Positions 8,608-18,329 of a DNA stretch of 58,198 nt are shown piece after piece. Numbering within the stretch: position 1 is the stretch's first letter; each line of letters opens with the position of its first letter. The notes under the pieces are model-generated. The model was not told the origin of the DNA. It searched no databases and saw only the letters and a list, made by a program, of their open reading frames with translations. The DNA is from a virus (taxonomy: Duplodnaviria; Caudoviricetes): the IMG/VR virus record IMGVR_UViG_3300008255_001780, positions 1 to 58,198 of that record, one strand, 5' to 3'. A program made the translations under genes and the position numbers.

Positions 8608-9521
8608 GACCGCGCCTTGAACTGGCAGCGCGACACCCTCAGGAGGACGTCGCCCATCTTGTTGCGGTCGGTGCTCGGCGCCTCGAACTGACCGAGGACC
8701 GTGAAGACCCACTGGTCGGGCGCGCCCTGCTCACGCATGAAGATGCCGACGAAGTAGTGGAACACGGTCATCCGGACGGACTCAGGCTCGTCCTTGATCG
8801 AGCGCAGCACCTTGAACGCCGCGGTCCAGTCCTTCTTGGCCAGTGCCCGCGCGAGGTCGACTGCTTCCGCGGACCCACGGGCACGATTGAGCGCCTCGCG
8901 TGCCTCGTCCTCGGTGGTGCAGTGCTTCACGGTGGCCAGGTTCACGAGTGCCTGCCGAGGCGAGCCATTGGCGAGGTCGGCCGCCACGTCGAGGACTTCC
9001 TCCGGGAGCTCGAGACCTTCCTTCCGAGCGACTGACGCGACGAGGCGCAGGATGGCGCGGTAGGGGACGTCCTTCAGCGAGAAGGTCACGCACCGAGTGC
9101 GGATGGTCGGCAGGACGCGGTCGGGCTCGGTCGTGCAGAAGAACCAGAACACGCCAGCGGGCGGCTCCTCGATGGCCTTCAGGAGCGACTCCCACGCCTG
9201 CTTCGACAGACGGTGGCACTCGTCCACGATGAACGCCTTGCCTCCGCCGTCGAGCGACGCGAAGTTCGCGCGGGCCGCGACCTCGCGCATGGCTTCGACG
9301 CCAGTGTGGGACGCGGCGTCCACCTCGATGATGTTGGAGCACCCCAGCTGGCTCGCACAGAGACGGGCGAGCGTGGTCTTCCCCGTGCCACTGGGCCCAT
9401 CGAACATGAACGCCTGCTGCTGCCCTGCAGAGAGCACGGCAGCGATGGCTTTCTTGACGTGATCCTGCCCCACGACCTCGTCGAGCGTGGTCGGGCGGTA
9501 CTTGGTATGCAGTGAAGTCAT
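8604..9521 (-). CDS. dnaX: clamp-loader AAA+ subunit (DNA Pol III gamma/tau-like)
   Basis: KYRPTTLDEVVGQ, GPSGTGKTT, IVDECH, LLKAIEEPP, TIRTRC. Confidence 0.88.
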   Translation of the reverse strand: MTSLHTKYRPTTLDEVVGQDHVKKAIAAVLSAGQQQAFMFDGPSGTGKTTLARLCASQLGCSNIIEVDAASHTGVEAMREVAARANFASLDGGGKAFIVDECHRLSKQAWESLLKAIEEPPAGVFWFFCTTEPDRVLPTIRTRCVTFSLKDVPYRAILRLVASVARKEGLELPEEVLDVAADLANGSPRQALVNLATVKHCTTEDEAREALNRARGSAEAVDLARALAKKDWTAAFKVLRSIKDEPESVRMTVFHYFVGIFMREQGAPDQWVFTVLGQFEAPSTDRNKMGDVLLRVSRCQFKARS

Positions 9522-9850
9522 GACGGTCCTCCGTTGTCATAGTCATAGTCGCGCACCGCGCGAGGAAGTGCAATCCACCCGACGAGGTCTGCGTCGGTGA
9601 ATATGGGTACTCGGCGGCTACCGAAGAGCGACCAGCCACCGCGGATGTCGCGACGCGCGCGGTAGGCGAACCCGTGACGGTCGGAGGTGACCACGTCGCG
9701 GTCGCTCGGGGCGTAGGACGGCGCCTTCACGCCCGTCTCGAGCGCGCGCTGCAGGTCCTCGATGGCGTCTGCCAGCCACGGGTTGCGCCCTTCGTGGTCG
9801 CCGCGCAGCCACTCGACGTGGGACTTCAGCAGGTCCTGCTTGTCGTGCAT
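9518..9850 (-). CDS. hypothetical protein
   Basis: MHDKQDLL...; TGATG coupling to polA stop. Confidence 0.55.
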   Translation of the reverse strand: MHDKQDLLKSHVEWLRGDHEGRNPWLADAIEDLQRALETGVKAPSYAPSDRDVVTSDRHGFAYRARRDIRGGWSLFGSRRVPIFTDADLVGWIALPRAVRDYDYDNGGPS

Positions 9851-11862
9851 CACTTCGCCTCGTCCCAGTTGGACCCGAGCGCACCGTCCGCGAGGACCGG
9901 GATCTCGAGCTCGATTGCCGTCTCCATGATGTGCCGCATCTCCTCGAATGCCTCGCGCCCCTCCTTCGTGTCGGGGACGGAGGAGTTGAACTCGTCGTGG
10001 ACGGTGAGGTGCGGGACCAGGACGTTGAAGAGCCCAGCATTCCACATGTCCACCATGGCCTTCTTCATCAGGTCAGCAGCGGACCCCTGGAGCAGAGCGT
10101 TCAGCGCCTTATGGGTGAACGCACGACGAGGACGACCGCGCAGCGACTTCCCGGCGCAGAAGTCGTCGAGCGCTGCCTCGTCCACATACTCGGTGATCTC
10201 CTGCCCCTTAGAGACATAGCGCACCTCGAAGGCATTAAACCGCCGCTTGCGGCCCAGGATCGTCTTGATCGAGCCCTTGCCTGCAGCCCGCGCGGAGCAG
10301 CGGTCGAGCATCCCACGCATGAAGGGCGCGTTCTCTTGGAACTGCCCCATGATTGCCTGCGCTTCCTCGATGGTCACGCCGAGGTCTGCGGCCAGCTTTG
10401 GAACGCCCATCCCGTAGACGACCCCGAAATTGATGTTCTTGGCCTGCTTGCGCGGGACCCCCGTGATCTCGGACGCCATCGAGTGGAAGTCGGTCGTCTT
10501 GTCCTCGCGGTAGCGGCGCACAGCCTCCGAGGCGTCGATTCCCTTGGTGATCGCCGCATAGTGCACGAGGAGGCGGTACTCGATCTGCGACCAATCGAGC
10601 GAGCCCCACAGCATCCCCTCCTCCGGGATGAACATGGAGCGCATGAGCGGGCCCAGGACAGGGCCACGCGCCGGGATGTTCTGCAGGTTCGGCGACGACG
10701 ACGAGAACCGCCCAGACACCGTGCCGTTCTCGTCCGACTTCAGCTGGTTGAACATGCAGTGGAGCCGCCCGTTGACGTGGGACTCCAGGATATAGGACTT
10801 GATGAAGGTGCCTGCGATCTTATCGTTGGCACGTGCCTGGACGATCAGCTTCGCCACCTCGGCGTTGCACGCGTTGAGCCAGTCCTTGCGGAACGAGGGA
10901 CGACCAGTGGACGTGCGCTCGTACTCGAGGCTCAGGTTGTCGAAGGCGATGGCGATGCTGTCCGCCGACCAGATGTCAACGTGTGCCTGACTCATCTCGT
11001 TGATGCGCTTCTGGATGTCCGCTGACTCCTCGAGCAGTTTCTCGTGAGCCTCGGTCGCGCGGTCGACGTTTACACGCACCCCTCGAAAGCGCATCTCGAG
11101 GAGCAGGGGCGTGAGCGCCGCCTCGAGGTGGAACAGGTCGACCAGGTTCTCGGCCTCGAGGCGCGGCAGCTGCTTGTCCATGATGCGCCAAGCGAGCAGC
11201 GTGTCGTCCTGCGCATAGGGCGAGCAGTGTGCCGGGTGGACGCGGTGCATCTGCTCGATGTAGGACGGTCCATAGAGGTGGATCAGCTCCTCGTTGGTCT
11301 TGGTGACGTTGAGGTAGTCCTGGGCAAGGGCGTCCAGCTTGTAGGTCATGCGGTTCTCGTCGAGCAGCGGCTCTGCCACCTGCACGTCGCGGAACCGCGC
11401 CTTCGGGAAGATGACCCCGTGCCGCGTCCTCAGCCAGTCGAGGTCATACTGCAAGTTGGCGCCGACCATCTCGCCGTCGAACTCGGCCGCGTCCTCGCGC
11501 AACTGTCCCCAGAAGGCATCCGGGTCGAGGTTCACGTTCTCGAACTCATGAGCTACCGGGTAGTAGCTGGCGTCTCCCGACGCATAGGCCAGAGCGACGC
11601 CAGCTACTAGCCCATTCTCACGATGCGCGCCGGGACCGAGCGTCTTGAGGTCCGGGTCGTGGCCCTCGATGTCCAGGCCGATGCGGTCGAGGCCCTTGAT
11701 CGAGCGGTACTCGGGCGGGCGGTACTCCGGGAACTCGAGCGGCTGGTAGAACGTCGAGCGAGCAGCCGCAGGTGTCGAGGCGCGAGGCGCGGCGCGGATG
11801 GCCTCGCCCATCATGTCCAGCTGGGTTACCATCTGGGGTTTGCCATCCCTCAGCTGGACCAT
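9850..11862 (-). CDS. polA: family A DNA polymerase with 3'-5' exonuclease domain
   Basis: LDIE exo motif; GTVSGRFSSSSPNLQNIP; motif A DWSQIEYR; motif B RKQAKNINFGVVYG; motif C TVHDE. Confidence 0.95.
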   Translation of the reverse strand: MVQLRDGKPQMVTQLDMMGEAIRAAPRASTPAAARSTFYQPLEFPEYRPPEYRSIKGLDRIGLDIEGHDPDLKTLGPGAHRENGLVAGVALAYASGDASYYPVAHEFENVNLDPDAFWGQLREDAAEFDGEMVGANLQYDLDWLRTRHGVIFPKARFRDVQVAEPLLDENRMTYKLDALAQDYLNVTKTNEELIHLYGPSYIEQMHRVHPAHCSPYAQDDTLLAWRIMDKQLPRLEAENLVDLFHLEAALTPLLLEMRFRGVRVNVDRATEAHEKLLEESADIQKRINEMSQAHVDIWSADSIAIAFDNLSLEYERTSTGRPSFRKDWLNACNAEVAKLIVQARANDKIAGTFIKSYILESHVNGRLHCMFNQLKSDENGTVSGRFSSSSPNLQNIPARGPVLGPLMRSMFIPEEGMLWGSLDWSQIEYRLLVHYAAITKGIDASEAVRRYREDKTTDFHSMASEITGVPRKQAKNINFGVVYGMGVPKLAADLGVTIEEAQAIMGQFQENAPFMRGMLDRCSARAAGKGSIKTILGRKRRFNAFEVRYVSKGQEITEYVDEAALDDFCAGKSLRGRPRRAFTHKALNALLQGSAADLMKKAMVDMWNAGLFNVLVPHLTVHDEFNSSVPDTKEGREAFEEMRHIMETAIELEIPVLADGALGSNWDEAK

Positions 11863-12572
11863 CAGTCGACCCCGAGGAACTTGTGGACCTGCAGTCCCGC
11901 ACGATAGCCGAACCGCAGCGCGGAATCACGCACCGCTCCCAGGTTCGCGTTGTGCTCGTGCGAGCCGAGGTGCTCGTCCACCGGCTGGAGGAACACGGGG
12001 TCGCCCCTGTTCGGACGCGCGGGTGCGCCGCCGACCAGCGTGTTCCCGTCGCGGTGGCGCTGCATCGGTGCAGACGGCAACCCGTCGTCGGGATCGACCT
12101 CACCGGCCTTCAGGACGTACTTCCAGTTGACCAACCGCTTGCGGTACTCCTCATGCACCTTCGAGGTCTTCGGTGAGACAACCAAGGTCACCCCGGGCCA
12201 GTCGAGGCAGTCCTGCCAGAACGTGCCTGCGGTCTCGACCTGGATGCGCTTGAACCCATAGCGCATGAGCCAGTGGAACAGCTCGCCGAGGTCTTGGCGC
12301 GTCGGTTCGCCACCGGTGATCACGGCGAGGTCCGTGCGGCCATCCGCTTGGTTCATCGCGATCCGCGCGATCTCCTCCGCCTTCGCGTGGGGGTCGCTCT
12401 CGTCGCCCCACTCCGTGTCGCAGAACCAGCAGCGCAGGTTGCAGCCGGTGAGGCGGATGAACGCGGCAGGGTCGCCCGAGTAGGGGCCCTCGCCCTGGAT
12501 GGTGTAGAACACCGCGTGGTACTGCAGGATGTCGCCGTGAGTGCGCCCCCGCGGTTCGTTGCGTCCGAACAT
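11862..12572 (-). CDS. queE: 7-carboxy-7-deazaguanine synthase (radical SAM)
   Basis: FYTIQGEG, RLTGCNLRCWFCDT, ITGGEP, VSPK, LQVHK. Confidence 0.93.
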   Translation of the reverse strand: MFGRNEPRGRTHGDILQYHAVFYTIQGEGPYSGDPAAFIRLTGCNLRCWFCDTEWGDESDPHAKAEEIARIAMNQADGRTDLAVITGGEPTRQDLGELFHWLMRYGFKRIQVETAGTFWQDCLDWPGVTLVVSPKTSKVHEEYRKRLVNWKYVLKAGEVDPDDGLPSAPMQRHRDGNTLVGGAPARPNRGDPVFLQPVDEHLGSHEHNANLGAVRDSALRFGYRAGLQVHKFLGVD

Positions 12573-12574
12573 GA

Positions 12575-12724
12575 TCAGCTCCCCAGACAGTAGATGACGC
12601 CGCCCCAGAACGCAATGCACGCGGCGCAGGCGACGAGGAACCACCGCAGTTCACGCTTCTGCAGCGGCTTGGGCTCGTAGTACTCCTTGACGTGAGGAGG
12701 AGCGTAGGGCGGGATCTCGATCAT
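12575..12724 (-). CDS. small membrane protein (49 aa)
   Basis: Manual translation MIEIPPYAPPHVKEYYEPKPLQKRELRWFLVACAACIAFWGGVIYCLGS; ATGA overlap and GGAGG RBS. Confidence 0.55.
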   Translation of the reverse strand: MIEIPPYAPPHVKEYYEPKPLQKRELRWFLVACAACIAFWGGVIYCLGS

Positions 12725-13113
12725 GCGGTCACCTCCGGTACCTCGATCCCGAGCGTCTTGCAGGCACGCTCGAGCGACTCCTTCGCATACTTGACCTCAG
12801 AGGCTCGCGCGCGCTCCTTGGCGCGCTGCACATGTGCGCGGACATCGCCATGCCTGACCACACCCATCTTCGCCAGGCCGTAAAGGACCGCCTTCGTGGG
12901 CGTCGTGTTCCCGTAGCCCAGGACCGCCCAGTTCCCATTGATCGCGTTGGCCTGACGTGGGCCGACAACTGAGTAGGAGCCGTTCTCGAGCTCGAGCAGG
13001 ACTCCTCCGTTGCCCAGGTCGAGCGCTCGCTTCACGTTGGCTGGACGTCCTGACCGCAGCTTGGTGAACCGGACGCGGTTGATGGACTCCATGTGGGAGA
13101 TGATGTGGCCCAT
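12721..13113 (-). CDS. hypothetical protein
   Basis: 130 aa in operon. Confidence 0.6.
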   Translation of the reverse strand: MGHIISHMESINRVRFTKLRSGRPANVKRALDLGNGGVLLELENGSYSVVGPRQANAINGNWAVLGYGNTTPTKAVLYGLAKMGVVRHGDVRAHVQRAKERARASEVKYAKESLERACKTLGIEVPEVTA

Positions 13114-13114
13114 T

Positions 13115-13438
13115 TCACACCGCCTTCTTGCCCGAGTACCACCTGCCCGCGCGCTCGCGCTTCAGGTCGTTGAGCTTCTGCTTCCAGACCTTGCTGCTCA
13201 TGCCCGGGTGGTCATAGACCCACGGTCCCATCTTGCCGTTGTGGTGGTAGTGGATGGGCGTCCCGTCGCGACGACGTGCAGGCACCGGCTGGACGGGCAG
13301 CATGATGGTCTTCGGGACGCATCCGTTGGCGACGTTGGTGGGCAGGCCAGGTGGAAGAGACCCGCGACGCTCTACGAGCGCCTCGGGCGGGAAGAGCTCC
13401 TGCATCAGCTCCGCGATGGTGTTTCCGAGGTTGAACAT
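13115..13438 (-). CDS. hypothetical protein
   Basis: 107 aa, AGGAG RBS. Confidence 0.55.
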   Translation of the reverse strand: MFNLGNTIAELMQELFPPEALVERRGSLPPGLPTNVANGCVPKTIMLPVQPVPARRRDGTPIHYHHNGKMGPWVYDHPGMSSKVWKQKLNDLKRERAGRWYSGKKAV

Positions 13439-13452
13439 GTTGCTTCTCCTGT

Positions 13453-14430
13453 TCAGGTCTGGCCAGCCAGCAGCCCACGGCTACCGTGCTTCGTGACGAA
13501 GGGGACGGGCTTCGGGTAGGCCTCGAACCCGATGCGGTGGGCACGCGACAGCACGGTGACCAGCATCTTCGCGTCGAAGATGGCAAACTTGACGCCCTCG
13601 CCGAGCGTCGTGTCGACCGGGCACTTGTGATCGGACGCGCGACGCACCCCGAAGATGTGATCCGGGAAGATCTGAAGGCGGTCCTCGGTGTGGTCGACCG
13701 ACTGCATGAACTTCTCCAGATACTCGGGGGTGACCTCGCGCAACGCGTCGAAGGACCCCTCAGGCATCACCTTGTCCAGCAGGTTCACGGCGACGTCTGG
13801 CATCTCGGCCGTCATGGGTGCGACATGCACCCAGGACCCATCCGTGAACTCGAGCAGGAACCCGCCGTCCCGGGCCCACCCCCATGCCTCGAGCTCTTCG
13901 TGGCGCTCGCGAAGGTAGGCGAGTCCCGCACGAGACATGGTGCGGCCGGTGAACCCCGAAGAGCTGATGAGCTCTCCGCGGCACAGGATGAAGCCATTGG
14001 TAGCGGTCACCGCGCACTCGTCGAACCGAGCGCCGAAGGACCAAGGCTTCGACGCGTCGCCGATGGTGAACGGGAACACGTCGTCCAGGACTGCCATGAG
14101 GTCGTCCATGCCCTCGACGGGCCAGGTGTCCGCCTCGGGCTTCACGAGGGGCGGCGGGACTTCGGTCAGCTTGATCCGCGTGCTGCCGCGCCCCGACTTC
14201 AGGGTGAGGTTCTGGGCCGTCACGTTCACGGTGCACTCGCCCACCTTGCGCAGGGCGAAGTCGAGATCGACGCCGGGCACCGAGAAGTCCTTGAACGGGC
14301 ACGGGACGGAGATCGCCATGAAGGCCGTCTTCGCCTCGAGGCGCCCGTTGTGAACGGCGACTGCGCCTTCGCTCGGGAGCGTCGCTCCGAGGTTGACCGC
14401 TGGCTTCACCTTGTCGAAGTATTCCTGCAT
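13453..14430 (-). CDS. putative sliding clamp (DNA Pol III beta-like), divergent
   Basis: 325 aa; VTATNGFILCR resembles the beta-clamp vATDGxRL segment; clamp loader and PolA nearby. Confidence 0.5.
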   Translation of the reverse strand: MQEYFDKVKPAVNLGATLPSEGAVAVHNGRLEAKTAFMAISVPCPFKDFSVPGVDLDFALRKVGECTVNVTAQNLTLKSGRGSTRIKLTEVPPPLVKPEADTWPVEGMDDLMAVLDDVFPFTIGDASKPWSFGARFDECAVTATNGFILCRGELISSSGFTGRTMSRAGLAYLRERHEELEAWGWARDGGFLLEFTDGSWVHVAPMTAEMPDVAVNLLDKVMPEGSFDALREVTPEYLEKFMQSVDHTEDRLQIFPDHIFGVRRASDHKCPVDTTLGEGVKFAIFDAKMLVTVLSRAHRIGFEAYPKPVPFVTKHGSRGLLAGQT

Positions 14431-14441
14431 CTCCGTCTCCG

Positions 14442-15068
14442 TTACTTCGGCCAGCTCTCAAGGAGCCGCCACAGTTCACACCCCTGGTCCTCGATGGCCC
14501 AGAGCACCTTCGCGCAAGCCTCGACGTCCGCCATGGCGTCGTGAGCGCCCTCGAACCCGTGAGGATCGACCAGCGCCCTATAGGACTCGTCGAGCGACGG
14601 GAACTTGTAGCCATACTTGCCCGGCAATTTAAGCACGGGCTCGAGCGTCTTCATAGTGCAGAACTTGGGTGTCTCCCAATACTGCTGCTGAGGTGCGGCG
14701 ATCCTCGAGTAGGCGGCCCTCATGACCGGATCGTCGAACTGGATGTTGTGCGCGACGATGCGGTCGGCCCGCTTCACCAGGTTGTTGAAGGTGGCGATCC
14801 CCACCTTGTAGGTCGTGCCGGCGCGGTCGACCGTGTCCTGCGTGATGCCCGACTTGATGAAGAACTCCTCGGTCGGGATCTCGGCCGGATCGCCGTGGCA
14901 GTCGAGGGGCTGCATGAAGCAGGAAAGGTGCGCGACGGGACGCCGGCCCCAGTAGAGAATCCCGGCGATCTGCACGAGGGCAGGCTCGTCGGTGAGCGGG
15001 ACGTTGCGCCCCTTGGGGCGCATCCCGTTGGTCTCCGTGTCGAAGACGAGCGTGGTCAGGTCAGTCAT
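14442..15068 (-). CDS. DEDDh 3'-5' exonuclease (DnaQ/epsilon-like)
   Basis: VFDTETNG, AHNIQFD, CTM, HDAMADV all intact. Confidence 0.9.
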   Translation of the reverse strand: MTDLTTLVFDTETNGMRPKGRNVPLTDEPALVQIAGILYWGRRPVAHLSCFMQPLDCHGDPAEIPTEEFFIKSGITQDTVDRAGTTYKVGIATFNNLVKRADRIVAHNIQFDDPVMRAAYSRIAAPQQQYWETPKFCTMKTLEPVLKLPGKYGYKFPSLDESYRALVDPHGFEGAHDAMADVEACAKVLWAIEDQGCELWRLLESWPK

Positions 15069-15499
15069 GGTGGCCCCTCTTGTGCTCGATGGCCTCGTCC
15101 TCCGACCGTTCGCGCCAGTCGCCATAGTCGCGGAGCTCGTGCTTGCCCTGCTTCGTGGCGATCATGGACACGGCGACGCCGGCGACGTAGTCATTGGTCG
15201 GTTCACCGTTCCAGGCGATGACCACGCCGGTCGCGTCGTAGGTCGGGCTCACCTCGTTGAACGGGCCCAGGAGCGACCCATTCTCGCGCAGCATCTCGCG
15301 CACCGCGCATGTGCCCGTCCAGGGCGAGGAGGACGACGTCCACCCACTCGCCAGCGCGGCCCTCGGACGTCACCTCGGCCTCGATCTCGTCAAATTCCTT
15401 GAGGATGAGGTTGCGGACGCCGAGCGAGCGCTCGCCGTCGCCGAACTTCTCGCGATTGACGGCGCAGTGCCGCGCAAGGAAGTAGTGGAAGTCAGACAT
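15061..15499 (-). pseudogene. DUF550 (MazG-like dATP/dGTP pyrophosphohydrolase) gene split by a frameshift near 15305
   Basis: 5' ORF has FGDGER..KEFDEIE..EWVDVVLLALDG; 3' ORF in another frame has KQGKHELRDYGDWR..AIEH, the family C-terminus. Confidence 0.65.
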
Positions 15500-16703
15500 A
15501 GATGGTCAACCTTTCCGATGCTCGAGTGATGGCAGTATAGAGCCAGCGCCTGCGCTGCTCCCGGTCGTTTACACGCATCTGGTCGTCCGCGACGACGACA
15601 TGGGGCCACTCGGACCCCTGGCTCTTGTGGGCGGTCACCACATAGCCATAGTCGAAGTGCATGATCCCAGAGCCACGAGGCCACACCGACCGCTCACCGT
15701 AGTTCTCCTGGAAGTACCCAGGATCAACGAGGCAGTCGGTCAGGTTGTGGCCGTCGTACTCGATGCCCATCCGCCCGAGCTTGTGCCCCTGGAGGAGCTT
15801 CATCTCGGTCAGGGCAGTCGCCGTGACCCCATTCAGCAGCTGCCGGTCGTGGTCGTTGAGGCGGCAGATCAGCTTGTCACCTTCGACAGGGTAGAGCACG
15901 TCGCGATCCAGGTGGGAGCGCATCTGCCGCGTGATCTTGAACCGCGACAGGTTGCTGCCCGTGATCACCTGATCCGCCTGCGTGACGAGGTCGCGGTCCC
16001 AGTCCTTCTTACGCAGGATCTCGACCGCGCCGCCCATCTTCCCGTAGGAGCAGGCCTCACCCGAGCGCACCTTCTGAGCAAGCTGGATGATGGGTGAGTC
16101 GGCAGCCTGGCGGTGGATGTGCTCGAGGACGAAGTCGTAGTCGTTCGGGCCGAGGTGCGCCTTGCCGCGAACGGGCGGAAGCTGGCCAGGATCACCGAGG
16201 TAGAGGATGGGGATGCCGAATGACTCGAGATCGCTTCCTATTCGCCGGTCGACCATGGACGACTCGTCCACGATGACCAGCGACGCCTCGGTGATCTCCG
16301 CCTCCTCGCGAAGGCTGAACATGCTCGACGAGTCGGCCTCCTTGTCCGCGAGGTCCTTGCGCCACGAGGCGAGGAGGCGCTGATCGGGTTCCTCCCTGCG
16401 CAGCTCCTGTTCGAGGCACTCGCGCAGCTCCTGCATCTCCGACTCACCCGAGTTGCCTTTGGGCTGGTAGATGAGGCGGTGGATCGTCGTAGCACCGGGA
16501 CAGCCCTTGCGACGCAGGACGGATGCTGCCTTGCCCGTGAAGGCCGCGAACTTCACGCGGCCACCGTGCTCCTCCGCGATGTAGCGGGCGAGGGTCGTCT
16601 TACCCGTGCCAGCATACCCGCCAAGCGAGAACCGCGGTTCACCTGAGCGCAGCCACTCGGTGATGCGCTTGAGTGCCTCTTCCTGATCTGGTGACCACGC
16701 CAT
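15492..16703 (-). CDS. Dda/RecD-like SF1B helicase
   Basis: GYAGTGKTT, AFTGKAA, TIHRLIY, VDESSM, GDPGQLPP, HRQA, TAHKSQGSEW, YTAITRA. Confidence 0.92.
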   Translation of the reverse strand: MAWSPDQEEALKRITEWLRSGEPRFSLGGYAGTGKTTLARYIAEEHGGRVKFAAFTGKAASVLRRKGCPGATTIHRLIYQPKGNSGESEMQELRECLEQELRREEPDQRLLASWRKDLADKEADSSSMFSLREEAEITEASLVIVDESSMVDRRIGSDLESFGIPILYLGDPGQLPPVRGKAHLGPNDYDFVLEHIHRQAADSPIIQLAQKVRSGEACSYGKMGGAVEILRKKDWDRDLVTQADQVITGSNLSRFKITRQMRSHLDRDVLYPVEGDKLICRLNDHDRQLLNGVTATALTEMKLLQGHKLGRMGIEYDGHNLTDCLVDPGYFQENYGERSVWPRGSGIMHFDYGYVVTAHKSQGSEWPHVVVADDQMRVNDREQRRRWLYTAITRASERLTIYV

Positions 16704-18067
16704 CACAGACCTCCCAGGAGATCGACCTGCGCCGGCGCCTTCTCCTGACCGCCTGCCCACTCGCCGAACGTGACGAGCTCCGCCATGCAGAGCAGGTTGC
16801 GGACGCGGGAGTCCCACAGGCACATCTCAAATGGCCACCCGAGCGCCTCGACGCGGTCGCGGATGTACTTGCGATGGTCCGGCGAGCAGTTGAAGTAGTG
16901 CTTCGCCGACTCGTCACCCGCTTTCTCGACGGGTGACCGGTGATGGTAGTGCTTGAAGTGCCCGCCGTTCATCGGGAACTTGTCGGGATCGACCCCAAGC
17001 TCCTGCAGGAAGGCGACCATCTCAAGATGCACCTGGTTCGGGTCGGTCGAGGTCGCCGTGAACCCCTGCTCAGCCAGCGACGTCCACAAGGGGCCGATGG
17101 TCGTCGGCATCGGGAAGGTGAGGTGGGTGTCCAGCGCCACGTTGTCGAGGGTGGTAAAGTAGTTCATGTAGTGCGCCGACGACTTCTTGCCGCCCGTCGC
17201 GCCCTCGTGGTGAAAGATGTCAATCATGCCGAAGCCACCGTGCTGCACCCAGGCGGCCGAGTCACCCGAGTACCAGGGGACCGTCCTGACCATGACGTTG
17301 CCGGTGGTCGCCAGGCCATGCGTCATGGTGCCCGGCCACTTAGTCTCCAGGTACTTGTGCTTCTCGCGCGACCACTGGACACGCAGGTTCTCCGCGAGGT
17401 CGTTGCGCGGTGAGACGCAGATGTAGTTGCTCCTGCCGCGGACCTGCTTCACCACCTCGTCGAGGCGGTCGTTGTCTTCGCCCTGGTGGTAGACAGGCAG
17501 AATGCGCTGGCCGAACTCGGCCTCGAGGATCTCGAAGTTGATGTCCGACACGCGCAGCGCTTCCTCGAGCTCGCGCTGCGTCGGGTTGCGCCCACGCTCA
17601 CCAGGGATCACGTCGAGGTTGACCATCCAGATCTCCTCGAACATGTCCCCCGCGATCTCGAGGAAACGGTGGTACTTGCGCTTCACGTCGTCGACCGTCG
17701 TCTTCTCGCCCTTGTTCCAGGCCGTGAAGGCGCCCGAGTCGAGCATGATCGACTTCGGGTAGGGGCGTCCCTCGAGGCGGCGACAGATCTCCATGAGGAC
17801 CTCGCCGGTGTCCCAGTCGACAGTGCGTCCCCAGGCCCTTTGCTGCGCGCGGCGACGCTCGTCCTTCGCGCGGATGCGATCCATCAGGCCTGGGTTGGCC
17901 TTGAGGGCCGCTTCCGCGTCGAAGATGCCCGCGGCGAGGTCGGACACCCACTTGAGGCACGCCTTCTCGTAGTCGCCATGGAGCGAGAAGAGGCGGTGGG
18001 TGTTCATGCGGTTCTCGACCGTCTGGTAGGGGTCGTTGGTCGGGGTGCCTGACATGTAGAAGTGCAT
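16703..18067 (-). CDS. dpdA: DNA guanine transglycosylase (TGT-fold, DpdA-like)
   Basis: MLDSGAFT, NLDVIPG, LPVYHQGE, THGLA, PWYSGDSAAW; sits beside queF/folE/queC. Confidence 0.8.
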   Translation of the reverse strand: MHFYMSGTPTNDPYQTVENRMNTHRLFSLHGDYEKACLKWVSDLAAGIFDAEAALKANPGLMDRIRAKDERRRAQQRAWGRTVDWDTGEVLMEICRRLEGRPYPKSIMLDSGAFTAWNKGEKTTVDDVKRKYHRFLEIAGDMFEEIWMVNLDVIPGERGRNPTQRELEEALRVSDINFEILEAEFGQRILPVYHQGEDNDRLDEVVKQVRGRSNYICVSPRNDLAENLRVQWSREKHKYLETKWPGTMTHGLATTGNVMVRTVPWYSGDSAAWVQHGGFGMIDIFHHEGATGGKKSSAHYMNYFTTLDNVALDTHLTFPMPTTIGPLWTSLAEQGFTATSTDPNQVHLEMVAFLQELGVDPDKFPMNGGHFKHYHHRSPVEKAGDESAKHYFNCSPDHRKYIRDRVEALGWPFEMCLWDSRVRNLLCMAELVTFGEWAGGQEKAPAQVDLLGGL

Positions 18068-18249
18068 CAGGACACCCGATCAACGGTGCGGATCAGTTCG
18101 CCGCGCGCTTCCTTTAGATCATAAAGAGAGCAGCCAAGCGAGTTGTGCAGCCTGAAGGCCGCGCGGACGATGTCTTCCACGTCCTGCTCGAGTGAAGTGA
18201 ACCGCGCGAGGTAGGCCTGCTGCACGTCGGTGAGAGGTGCTCGTGCCAT
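18067..18249 (-). CDS. hypothetical protein
   Basis: 60 aa, CAACGGAG RBS, TGATG coupling to dpdA. Confidence 0.6.
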   Translation of the reverse strand: MARAPLTDVQQAYLARFTSLEQDVEDIVRAAFRLHNSLGCSLYDLKEARGELIRTVDRVS

Positions 18250-18275
18250 TTGCTATCTCCGTTGCTTCAACGCTG

Positions 18276-18323
18276 ATGGTAAGTAAAAGTCGACCCCGCT
18301 TCAACCATGAAGCGAGGTCAACT
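18276..18323 (-). terminator. intrinsic terminator after queF overlapping a putative promoter
   Basis: AGTTGACCTCGCTTCA-TGGT-TGAAGCGGGGTCGACT then TTT; TTGAAG-17-TACCAT overlaps the 3' arm. Confidence 0.65.
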
Positions 18324-18329
18324 CATGGG

